DNA of 35,610 nt, taken from NCBI GenBank assembly GCA_017458865.1, contig JAFSZW010000198.1:1-35610 (forward strand), written 5' to 3'. Positions within the stretch are counted from its first letter, which is position 1, and each line of letters starts with the position of its first letter. Positions 1 through 12,185 of the stretch are shown here, piece by piece. A program made the translations under genes and the position numbers. Source of the DNA: Clostridia bacterium. GTDB lineage: Bacteria; Bacillota; Clostridia; Christensenellales; Aristaeellaceae. The notes beneath the pieces are model-generated. The model did no database searches. It was given only the letters and a program-made list of their open reading frames with translations, and was not told the origin of the DNA.

Positions 1-4293
<4,293 letters not shown>

Positions 4294-4328
4294 GACCTGG
4301 TCTCCTTCCTCTTATTGTTGTAATGGAT

Positions 4329-4355
4329 ACGCCATCGGATCATGTCCGATGGCGT
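4329..4355 (-). other. Perfect 11-bp stem / 5-nt loop hairpin in the ANTAR-gltB intergenic spacer, with no U-tract on the sense strand
   Basis: Minus strand reads ACGCCATCGGA-CATGA-TCCGATGGCGT followed by ATCCATTACAAC. It lies between the ANTAR gene stop (4361) and the gltB RBS. Confidence 0.6.
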
Positions 4356-4360
4356 TTGTC

Positions 4361-4933
4361 TTATCTCAGAATGTCGTCCGTTTCCTGCAGGGATTGTGCG
4401 GCATTCGCGGTGTGTTCCAGGATCTGCCGGGCATAATCGGTCATCTTGAGACCATGACTCATGGCATAGGTCTGCATGTGATGGTGTGCCTCGGGCTCTG
4501 ACATGCCGTGATGCGTCATAAGCAGTGACTTGGCATGCTCAACCAGCTGCCGCTCCGGTTCCGTGCGCTGGGGGTGATTCATCACCTGCATCTGCATGAG
4601 CATCTCTACCGCGCCAATCAGCGTGCTGCCCGAACAGGGGTAGCTGAGGTGAAAGAGCCCGTGACAGGAGTGTTCTGCGATGATCATGGGCCTGGCAATC
4701 AGCAGAATCTGGAGCTGATGTTTGAAATCTGAGAGCAGATCCTCGGGCGGGGCATCCGGAAAGAGGCCTGCCATCAGAAGCAGCGTGTTGTCGCATTCGC
4801 TGAGAGACCTTCGTATCTCACTGCCGGACGCGCAGATGCGAAAGATGGAGAAACCGGAGGATGTCAGTATCCGGGACAACTGAGACCGGACACGGTCACT
4901 TGGACTGGCGATCAGAATTCTCGGCACGGACAT
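4361..4933 (-). CDS. ANTAR-domain RNA-binding regulator with an N-terminal receiver-like domain (NitR / clostridial GlnR-like antiterminator candidate)
   Basis: 190 aa. The C-terminal segment ERQLVEHAKSLLMTHHGMSEPEAHHHMQTYAMSHGLKMTDYARQIL fits the ANTAR helical pattern. The N-terminal ~110 aa looks like a CheY-type receiver fold (PRILIASPSD...LLLMAG...). GGAGG lies only 1 nt before ATG 4933, so GTG at 4927 (7-nt spacing) may be the real start. The gene sits directly after glnA with no terminator between them. Confidence 0.8.
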   Translation of the reverse strand: MSVPRILIASPSDRVRSQLSRILTSSGFSIFRICASGSEIRRSLSECDNTLLLMAGLFPDAPPEDLLSDFKHQLQILLIARPMIIAEHSCHGLFHLSYPCSGSTLIGAVEMLMQMQVMNHPQRTEPERQLVEHAKSLLMTHHGMSEPEAHHHMQTYAMSHGLKMTDYARQILEHTANAAQSLQETDDILR

Positions 4934-4998
4934 GCCTCCTTTCTCGTTTTACGCGCTTGCGTGTACCTGTTCGGGTAGATGGGACAGCGTGCGGCGGA

Positions 4999-6330
4999 TT
5001 ACTGCAAGACCAGATAGCGGTCGATTTCCCACTGGCTGACATGCGTCCGGTAAGCATCCCATTCCTTGCGCTTTCCGTCGACATACTGGCTCAGCACGTG
5101 CTCGCCAAGCGATGCACAGATCACCGGATCCTGCAGCAAGCAGTCAATGGCTTCACTCAGGGTACCCGGCAGACTTGCAATGCCCTTGGCCTCACGGGTT
5201 GCGGCATCCATTGCGAAGATGTTCTCCGTGATCTCTGCCGGCGGGGTCAGTCCCTTCTCGATGCCGTCAAGGCCGGCAGCCAGACAGACGGTCATATTGA
5301 GGTACGGGTTGCAGGACGGATCCGGGCAGCGCAGCTCGACACGCGTGGCCTGACCACGGGCTGCCGGGATGCGGATCAGTGCGGAGCGGTTGCTGGCACT
5401 CCAGGCCAGGTAGCAGGGTGCCTCATAGCCGGGAACCAGACGCTTGTAGCTGTTGACGAGCGGATTCGTGACCGCGGCCATGCCACGGACGTGGGCAAGG
5501 ATGCCTGCGATAAAGGAATACGCCTCTTTGGACAGACCGAGCGGATCGGACGGATCTGCGAAGACGTTCTTTCCGTCACGGAACAGGCTCATGTTGGTGT
5601 GCATGCCGCTGCCGTTGATGCCAAAAACCGGCTTGGGCATGAATGTGGCATGCAGGCCGTTGTTCTGCGCCAGCGTCTTGACGGCAAGCTTGAAGGTCAT
5701 GATGTTATCAGCTGCAGTCAGCGCATCCGCATACTTGAAATCGATTTCGTGCTGGCCTGCGGCAACCTCATGGTGACTTGCTTCGATCTCAAAGCCCATC
5801 TGCTCAAGGGACATGCAGATCTCACGGCGGGTGCTCTCGCCATGATCCAGCGGACCAAGATCGAAGTAGCCGGCTTCATCGGACGTGGTTGTCGTTGGGC
5901 GGCCCTGCTCATCCGTCTGGAAGAGGAAGAACTCGCATTCCGGACCGACATTGAACGAATAGCCCAAGTCAGCGGCATGCGCAAGTACCTTTTTGAGAAC
6001 ACCACGGGGATCACCGGCAAACGGCGTACCGTCCGGATTGTAGACATCACAGATCAGGCGGGCAACTTTCCCGTGCTGAGGACGCCAGGACAGGATGGTG
6101 AAAGTGTCCAGATCCGGATACAGGTACTGGTCGCTTTCATTGATTCGGACAAAACCCTCAATGCTGCTGCCGTCGATCATGATCTGGTTGTTGACGGCCT
6201 TTTCAATCTGGCTTGCAGTAATGGCGACATTCTTAAGCTGGCCGAAAATGTCGGTAAACTGCATGCGGATGAATTCCACATCATTTTCCTTGACCAGACG
6301 GATGATGTCTTCCTTTGAATACTTACTCAT
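4999..6330 (-). CDS. glnA: Glutamine synthetase, type I
   Basis: 443 aa. N-terminus [35 protein letters not shown], and GS signatures such as [11 protein letters not shown] and the [17 protein letters not shown] region. RBS AAGGAGG lies 7 nt upstream of the ATG. Confidence 0.95.
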   Translation of the reverse strand: MSKYSKEDIIRLVKENDVEFIRMQFTDIFGQLKNVAITASQIEKAVNNQIMIDGSSIEGFVRINESDQYLYPDLDTFTILSWRPQHGKVARLICDVYNPDGTPFAGDPRGVLKKVLAHAADLGYSFNVGPECEFFLFQTDEQGRPTTTTSDEAGYFDLGPLDHGESTRREICMSLEQMGFEIEASHHEVAAGQHEIDFKYADALTAADNIMTFKLAVKTLAQNNGLHATFMPKPVFGINGSGMHTNMSLFRDGKNVFADPSDPLGLSKEAYSFIAGILAHVRGMAAVTNPLVNSYKRLVPGYEAPCYLAWSASNRSALIRIPAARGQATRVELRCPDPSCNPYLNMTVCLAAGLDGIEKGLTPPAEITENIFAMDAATREAKGIASLPGTLSEAIDCLLQDPVICASLGEHVLSQYVDGKRKEWDAYRTHVSQWEIDRYLVLQ

Positions 6331-6360
6331 GTGTGTTCCTCCTTAAAGTCGGATTAAACG

Positions 6361-6399
6361 AAAAAAAGGCAAAAGAGTCCATGACATGACCCCCTTGCC
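6361..6399 (-). terminator. Intrinsic-terminator-like hairpin plus U7 inside the glnA 5' leader (attenuator candidate)
   Basis: Minus strand reads GGCAAGGGGGTC-ATGTCATG-GACTCTTTTGCC-TTTTTTT. This is a 12-bp stem including G-U pairs, an 8-nt loop and a U7 tail. It lies between the predicted glnA promoter and the RBS. Confidence 0.55.
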
Positions 6400-6411
6400 T
6401 GTCTGCGGGAG

Positions 6412-6441
6412 ATGATACCACTGAGATGGGATGCCTGTCAA
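6412..6441 (-). promoter_or_regulatory. Putative sigma-A promoter of the glnA operon
   Basis: Minus strand reads TTGACA (6441-6436), an 18-nt spacer, then TATCAT (6417-6412). Confidence 0.5.
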
Positions 6442-6544
6442 GCAGAAAATGAAATATTTTCAAAAGAAAATTGCAAAAACTGATATGAAGACGAATAAAA
6501 CTATAAAAAATGCAATTTTATCAAACAAAACATGCAAAATGCTG

Positions 6545-6573
6545 TTGACAGAATCCCGGGCCGGTGATAGAAT
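6545..6573 (+). promoter_or_regulatory. Putative sigma-A promoter of the asnB T-box leader
   Basis: TTGACA (6545-6550), a 17-nt spacer, then TAGAAT (6568-6573). It lies about 30 nt upstream of T-box Stem I. Confidence 0.6.
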
Positions 6574-6599
6574 ATCCGCAATTGAAAACAGGAAAGCAA

Positions 6600-6877
6600 T
6601 GCGGAAGCAGAGTACCCGGAATCATGCGGTCCCAGAGAGCGGGCGCTGGTGAGAGTCCCGTATCGCACCCTCGGCGAAAAACCCTTCCAAGTCCAAACTG
6701 AACGCAGACAGGCGCGGCCTGTGGTGTGCAAGTAGGCGCGGCGTGCAGACGGCACGTTATCCCCGTCCGGGCTTGTCCGAGTCCGATAAAAGAGAAGCAA
6801 TTCAGGTGGCACCACGAAACGGCAGTCTTCGTCCTGAAACGAAATGACTGCCAGATCATATTGGAGGTGCCCTTTTT
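6600..6877 (+). promoter_or_regulatory. T-box riboswitch leader (Asn specifier candidate) controlling asnB
   Basis: Stem I elements: AGAGAG (6634-6639) and distal loop CTGGTGAGAG (6646-6655). The specifier-loop 3' side CGAAAAACC (6675-6683) contains AAC (6680-6682). The T-box sequence AATTCAGGTGGCACCACG (6799-6816) matches about 14/18 of the consensus. Canonical antiterminator: TTCAGG (6801-6806), 7-nt bulge UGGCACC (6807-6813), ACGAA (6814-6818), loop, TTCGT (6828-6832), CCTGAA (6833-6838). Competing hairpin: GGCAGTCTTCGT (6821-6832) with ACGAA-AT-GACTGCC (6839-6852). Outer helix GGCACC (6808-6813) with GGTGCC (6866-6871), then CTTTTT and the ATG. Confidence 0.8.
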
Positions 6878-8458
6878 ATGTGTGCTATTTTTACTGTGCA
6901 GAGCAGATCCATCCCTGAGGCGACCATCCGTGACTGTTTCGAGCGGACTCAGTCGAGGGGACCGGATATGAGCCGGTTCATGTCGTTCCCATGGGGATAT
7001 ATGGGTTTTCACCGTCTGGCGATCATGGGCCTTACCGAAAGCGGTATGCAGCCGTTTAAGATGGATGACGACTATGTCATCTGCAACGGAGAGCTGTATG
7101 GATTTCGGCCTATCCGGGAACGCCTCCTTGAACAGTATCCGCTGAAGAGCGAGTCTGACTGTGAGATTCTGCTGCCGCTCTACAGAGAGTACGGCGTTGA
7201 GATGTTCAAAACGCTTGACGCGGAGTTCGCGATGATCCTTTATGATGGGAAGCAGGGGAAGCTAATCGCTGCGAGAGATCCGATTGGCATCCGGCCGCTG
7301 TATTACGGCGTGTTGCCGGATGGCGGGATGGCTTTTGCCAGCGAACCGAAGAACCTGGTCGGGCTGTGTGATCAGATCCTGCCGTTCCCGCCGGGGCATT
7401 ACTGGATTGACGGGAAGTTTGTCCAGTATGCGGACCCGGCGCATGTGGATCAGTTCACGATGAAGACGGAGGAGGCTGTCTGTGCGAAGCTGCGCAGGCT
7501 CCTCATAGATGGCGTAGAGAAGCGTCTGGATGCGGATGCACCTATTGGCTTCCTGCTCTCCGGCGGCCTTGACTCCTCTCTGGTCTGTGCCATTGCTCAG
7601 CGGGCGCTGGATACGCCGATCCGCACGTTTGCCATAGGCATGGATATTGACGCGATAGACCTCAAGTATGCGAGGATGGTGGCAGATTACATCGGCAGCG
7701 AGCACACCGAGGTCATCATTTCCGAGCAGGACGTCATCGACGCGCTGCCGGAGGTGGTAGCGCTCCTTGGCACGTGGGATATTACGACAATCCGCGCATC
7801 CATTGGCATGTATCTGGTCTGCAAGTACATCCATGAGCACACGGATGTCCGGGTTCTGCTGACTGGTGAAATCTCAGACGAGCTCTTTGGATACAAATAC
7901 ACGGACTTCGCACCGGATGCAGCCTCATTCCAGGAGGAGGCAGAAAAGCGGATCCGGGAGCTGCACATGTATGATGTGCTTCGTGCTGACCGCTGCATTT
8001 CGGTCAACTCGCTTGAGGCGCGTGTGCCGTTTGGCGATCTCAAGTTTGTCCGCTATGCCATGAGTGTTGACCCGGAGCTCAAGATGAACCGGCATAACAT
8101 GGGCAAGTATCTGATCCGCAAGGCATTCGAGGATGATCACCTGCTGCCGGATGAGATTCTCTGGCGCCAGAAAGCGGCATTCTCTGATGCAGTCGGTCAT
8201 TCCATGGTTGGAGATCTCAAGGCACTGGCGGAACGGACCTATACGGATGCCGAGTTCCATGAGCGCGCAGCCGGATACGGTTACTGCCCGCCGTTTACAA
8301 AGGAAAGCCTTCTCTACCGCGAACTGTTTGAGAAAACCTATCCCGGCCAGGCGAGGATGATCGTGGACTTCTGGATGCCCAACAAGACATGGCCGGGCTG
8401 CAACGTGGATGATCCGTCCGCCCGTGTATTGTCCAACTACGGTGCCAGCGGAATCTGA
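6878..8458 (+). CDS. asnB: Asparagine synthase (glutamine-hydrolysing)
   Basis: 526 aa. It starts MCAIF (Cys2 nucleophile of class II amidotransferases). The PP-loop SGGLDSS is within FLLSGGLDSSLV. It lies downstream of an Asn-type T-box. Confidence 0.93.
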   Translation: MCAIFTVQSRSIPEATIRDCFERTQSRGPDMSRFMSFPWGYMGFHRLAIMGLTESGMQPFKMDDDYVICNGELYGFRPIRERLLEQYPLKSESDCEILLPLYREYGVEMFKTLDAEFAMILYDGKQGKLIAARDPIGIRPLYYGVLPDGGMAFASEPKNLVGLCDQILPFPPGHYWIDGKFVQYADPAHVDQFTMKTEEAVCAKLRRLLIDGVEKRLDADAPIGFLLSGGLDSSLVCAIAQRALDTPIRTFAIGMDIDAIDLKYARMVADYIGSEHTEVIISEQDVIDALPEVVALLGTWDITTIRASIGMYLVCKYIHEHTDVRVLLTGEISDELFGYKYTDFAPDAASFQEEAEKRIRELHMYDVLRADRCISVNSLEARVPFGDLKFVRYAMSVDPELKMNRHNMGKYLIRKAFEDDHLLPDEILWRQKAAFSDAVGHSMVGDLKALAERTYTDAEFHERAAGYGYCPPFTKESLLYRELFEKTYPGQARMIVDFWMPNKTWPGCNVDDPSARVLSNYGASGI

Positions 8459-8517
8459 TTTTCCTGACAATAGTGATTCGGTGCAGATAATCTGATGCAA
8501 TTGAAGAGGTAAAAAAG

Positions 8518-8550
8518 AAACAGGAGCCTGCTTAAAGCAGGCTCCTGTTT
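8518..8550. terminator. Bidirectional intrinsic terminator between asnB and the convergent hydrolase pseudogene
   Basis: CAGGAGCCTGC-TTAAA-GCAGGCTCCTG (8521-8547) is a perfect 11-bp stem. It is flanked by an A-run upstream and TTT downstream. Confidence 0.8.
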
Positions 8551-8586
8551 CGGTGTTCAGCTGTTTATTTGCCGGCTCTGAGCCGA

Positions 8587-9601
8587 TTAATCTTTTATCA
8601 AAAAGCTGCCCATATCAATGGGTGTCCAGTCTGATCCTCCGATTACTCTCATCCACAGGGTCATGGTTCCGGGCACGACGACCAGCTGATAGACGGTCAG
8701 ATGATTCTCGGCACCGCCTTCTTCAATGGGCGTTTCGATGATCCGCATCATCTCTGCCTCGGTCATTTTTCCCTTTTCCGCCTCACACAGCGTGATAAGA
8801 TTGTTGCGGCGGGTCAGGCCTTCCCAGGATGCCTGATCGGACGGCTTTGAGAACAGCCACTCTGAATTGACGTAATAGTTTGTGGAAACCAGCAGTCCCT
8901 CCGGCAGATCGGCCGCTCCGCGCTTGACACCGATCGGGCACCATTCGTAGGAGCGAGCCTCTTTCGTATCGGCCACGTTGATGATGTAGGAAGAACTGCA
9001 ATTCACTGTATTGAAGAAAAGGTCCATGTCATCCAGCGTGTCCGCCTCAAACAGAATCTCAAAGAGCATGGTGGTTCCGGTGACGCGGGCATTCGGGGAC
9101 TTGATATTTGCCGAGGGCTTGCCGTTGTTCAGCTCCAGGAACAGCCCCTTCTCGTTCAGACCATTTACAGCATATATTTCGCCGGCATAACCGATTGTGG
9201 CGGTTGCAAGCGCCCCGTCTGCAGGGTGATAAACGGTCACGGCAATATCGTCCTTCAAAAGCGCCAGCGCTTCGGAATAATCGTAATTTATTGGGGGAGT
9301 GATTTGAGTAGTCACCTGGGTATTGTTACCCAAGCAGCGCCTGTTGAACAGTAAACCATGATGGCGTTGCCCTTGAATTCAAAAGTCTGCTGCTCATACG
9401 GTCATACGCATACGATTCAGGAGGTCCCTGGGAAACGCATATCATGTGACATGTCTGTCTGCCAGATGACTTTGCCATTTTCTTGAACATGAACCTATCT
9501 GCGTTATTAGTCTGGTGACAAGGATGCCTGTAACCAGAGCTGCTCAATTGACGTCCATATGTGGCATTTTCTGCAAAACGGCCTCGTTTGTTCACATCCA
9601 T
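8587..9601 (-). pseudogene. Ntn-hydrolase (peptidase C45 / acyl-CoA:6-APA acyltransferase-like or linear amide C-N hydrolase-like), frameshifted
   Basis: The 248-aa ORF (8587-9333) has only a TTG start and begins mid-domain (GNNTQ...INYDY...VNGLNEKGLFLELNNG...TNYY). The expected nucleophile segment FEFKGNAIMVYCSTGAAW lies immediately upstream in another frame and ends at TGA. Adding one G in the GGG run at about 9330-9333 would join ...CSTGAAW to GNNTQ.... Further upstream (to about 9600) plausible N-terminal pieces are spread over different frames. Confidence 0.5.
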
Positions 9602-9661
9602 GGGCCTTTACACGGGGCCTTCACATGTCACATTCAAGCATGCCATGCTCCTTCGGATACC

Positions 9662-9690
9662 TTGCGTGAAATGGGTAAATGCTGTAAAAT
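9662..9690 (+). promoter_or_regulatory. Putative sigma-A promoter of the GH3 gene
   Basis: TTGCGT (9662-9667), a 17-nt spacer, then TAAAAT (9685-9690). Confidence 0.45.
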
Positions 9691-9744
9691 ATCACGCAGA
9701 AACTCCAGAACAGAATGGAGAAAATAAACAAGGAGGACGTTTGA

Positions 9745-11835
9745 ATGTCAAAAGCACAGACAAGAGAACAGCGGCTTGCGTTTACAGAGGAAGCGCAGAA
9801 AATTGTGGACCAGCTTTCCCTCGAGGAAAAGGTCTTCCTGATGTCGGGCAATATTGACATCCAGGGTATCCCGCCGGAGAAAATCAGCGAGGTGCTGGGC
9901 GGAATGCTTGCATCCGAGGACGCGCATTACAATGCACTGCCGTATGATGCGGGGGGAATTGAACGCTTTGGTATTCCGCCGATGAAGTTCTGCGATGGAC
10001 CACGTGGCGTGGTGTGCGGTGTGGGAAAGACGACCTGTTTCCCGGTATCCATGGCCAGAGGTGCATCCTTTGATACGACGCTGGAAGAGGAAATCGGTCA
10101 TGCGATCGGGCGCGAGGTCCGGGCGTATGGCGGCAACCTCTTTGCCGGTGTGTGCATCAACCTGCCGTATAATCCGGGCTGGGGACGCAGTCAGGAAAGC
10201 TATGGCGAGGAGACGCGCCATATCGGCGCCATGGGCGCGGCACTGGTGCGTGGCGTGCAAGCTGAGGACGTCATGGCATGCGTCAAGCATTATGCATTCA
10301 ATGATATGGAGAATGCCCGTTTCAAGGTGTCGGTTACGTGTGATCAGCGGACAGAGAAAGAGGTATACCTGCCGCATTTCAAGGACTGCCTGGATGCCGG
10401 TGCGGCGAGCATCATGTCCAGCTACAACCGCTATAACGGCGTACACTGCGGACATCACCACTATCTGCTGACTGAGGTGCTCAAGGAGCAGTGGGGCTTT
10501 GACGGCTTTGTCATGTCCGACTTCTGCTGGGGCGTAAAGGATACGGTTGAGGCAGCCAACGGCGGACAGGATATTGAGATGCTGTGGACGCTTGAGTTCG
10601 GAAAGAAACTGGTTCAGGCGGTCAAAGATGGCTTTGTTCCGGAGTCAAGGATCAATGATGCTGCGCTGCGCATTGTCAGGACCATTCTTGCCTTTGACAG
10701 GGATCACAGGGAATATGATATGTCCGTGGTCGGCTGTCAGGCGCATATTGATCTGGCTAAGCGGGCAGCTGAGGAGAGCATTACACTGGTGAAAAACCAG
10801 GATGTGCTGCCGCTCAAACGCGGGGAAGTCAGGAAACTTGCTTTGATCGGCGAGCTTGCGAAGAAGCCGAACATCGGCGACTACGGTTCTAGCCGTGTCC
10901 GTCCGGCCTATGTGGTTACGCCGGAGGAAGGCATCCGGAAAGTGGTCCCGGATGTGGAGATTCTCTATGCGGACGGCTCGGATATCGAGGAGGCAAAGCG
11001 GATCGCCGCTGCGGCGGATGCGGTTGTCTTTATTGTGGGATACAACCATGACGACGAGGGTGAGTTTGTTGCCATGGAGGGCACGGAGAACTATCTCGGC
11101 GCTGTGGGCGGTGACCGCAAGCAGTCGCTTGGTCTGCACCAGAAGGATATTGAGCTGCTGCAGGCAGTCGGCCCGGTCAATCCGAAGAGCACGGCAGTGC
11201 TGATCGGCGGCAATATGATCACGATGAAAGAATGGATTGACAGCGTCGGGAGCGTGATCATAGCGTATTATCCGGGCATGGAAGGTGGAACGGCGCTTGC
11301 CGAGATCCTCTTTGGTGATGTGAATCCGTCCGGTAAACTGCCGTTTGTTGTCCCGGTAAATGAGGCAGATCTGCCTTATGTTGACTGGGAGGCAACGGAC
11401 CAGTACTATGAGTACTACCATGGCTATACGCGCCTCGATAAGAAGAACATTGCGCCGCTCTATCCGTATGGTCACGGCCTGTCCTATACCGAATTTGCCT
11501 TTGGTACGCCGACCGCAGCGGTTGAAGACGATGAACTGGTTGTCACAACATCTGTGACCAATGCCGGCGGGTGTGCAGGTACGGAGGTTGTCCAGGTTTA
11601 TGTCGGGTTTGAACATTCTGCGGTAGACCGCCCGGTTAAGCAGCTGGAAGGCTTTGCACGTGTTTCGCTTGAGCCCGGTGAGACGAAGCCGGTGACGATT
11701 CATATTCCGCTGGAGAAGCTCAGGTACTACGAGCCAAGCACCAGAACCTGGGTTCTGGAGCATATGGAGTACCCGATCTTCGTTGGCAACAGCGAGGCGC
11801 TGTGCAGCCAGAAAACAGTGACCATCAGCATCTGA
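9745..11835 (+). CDS. Glycoside hydrolase family 3 beta-glucosidase / beta-hexosidase-like enzyme
   Basis: 696 aa. GH3 N-domain features include KHYAFND and the nucleophile region GFDGFVMSDF. The alpha/beta sandwich domain and C-terminal fibronectin-III-like domain (EVVQVYVG...PVKQLEGFARV) are present. RBS AAGGAGG lies 8 nt upstream. Confidence 0.9.
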   Translation: MSKAQTREQRLAFTEEAQKIVDQLSLEEKVFLMSGNIDIQGIPPEKISEVLGGMLASEDAHYNALPYDAGGIERFGIPPMKFCDGPRGVVCGVGKTTCFPVSMARGASFDTTLEEEIGHAIGREVRAYGGNLFAGVCINLPYNPGWGRSQESYGEETRHIGAMGAALVRGVQAEDVMACVKHYAFNDMENARFKVSVTCDQRTEKEVYLPHFKDCLDAGAASIMSSYNRYNGVHCGHHHYLLTEVLKEQWGFDGFVMSDFCWGVKDTVEAANGGQDIEMLWTLEFGKKLVQAVKDGFVPESRINDAALRIVRTILAFDRDHREYDMSVVGCQAHIDLAKRAAEESITLVKNQDVLPLKRGEVRKLALIGELAKKPNIGDYGSSRVRPAYVVTPEEGIRKVVPDVEILYADGSDIEEAKRIAAAADAVVFIVGYNHDDEGEFVAMEGTENYLGAVGGDRKQSLGLHQKDIELLQAVGPVNPKSTAVLIGGNMITMKEWIDSVGSVIIAYYPGMEGGTALAEILFGDVNPSGKLPFVVPVNEADLPYVDWEATDQYYEYYHGYTRLDKKNIAPLYPYGHGLSYTEFAFGTPTAAVEDDELVVTTSVTNAGGCAGTEVVQVYVGFEHSAVDRPVKQLEGFARVSLEPGETKPVTIHIPLEKLRYYEPSTRTWVLEHMEYPIFVGNSEALCSQKTVTISI

Positions 11836-11918
11836 TGCCGAAGAACTGTTCAGCGGGGCACTTAGGTCGGTATGAATTGCCCACCGTTTCCATGATGACA
11901 TAATGGCAAGGAGATAAA

Positions 11919-11955
11919 GGCATCCTGAAACCAGACTGGGGACAGGATGCCTTTT
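11919..11955 (+). terminator. Probable terminator of the GH3 gene
   Basis: GGCATCCTG (11919-11927) pairs with CAGGATGCC (11943-11951) around a 15-nt loop, followed by TTTT. Confidence 0.5.
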
Positions 11956-12185
11956 GGGCTGTGACAAGGTGGTTTCATGGGAAGTTTCAAAAACTCCATT
12001 TTTGATGCTCCGAAAGATCGAGGTAAAAGGGGTTGATCAACCCGAGGTGGAGAGGATGGCTTAAAGTGTCTGAGAGTTCCTGAGGCGACGGCTGGGGATG
12101 AGCATAGAGGAACGGTGTGACGGGAGTGTGGTCGGGTTATTTGAAAGATTGTTTATACGAACACAGAACGGAGGTACAGAGAATC

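Noticed and set aside
4861-6318. 485-aa plus-strand ORF fully antisense to glnA
   Set aside because: It has no SD and a low-complexity, Arg/Gly/Ala/Val-rich composition typical of shadow ORFs opposite a GC-rich, codon-biased gene. The minus-strand product is an unmistakable glutamine synthetase.
6700-6706. GAA-CGC-A as an alternative (Arg) T-box specifier
   Set aside because: It fits the GAA-NNN-purine pattern, but it lies 3' of the Stem I base helix (GGAAG 6603-6607 with CTTCC 6684-6688), outside the specifier loop. It also disagrees with the downstream gene (asnB).
10645-11967. 440-aa minus-strand ORF antisense to the GH3 gene
   Set aside because: It is a shadow ORF opposite a clear GH3 enzyme. 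It has no SD or family motifs and an Arg/Leu/His-rich composition.
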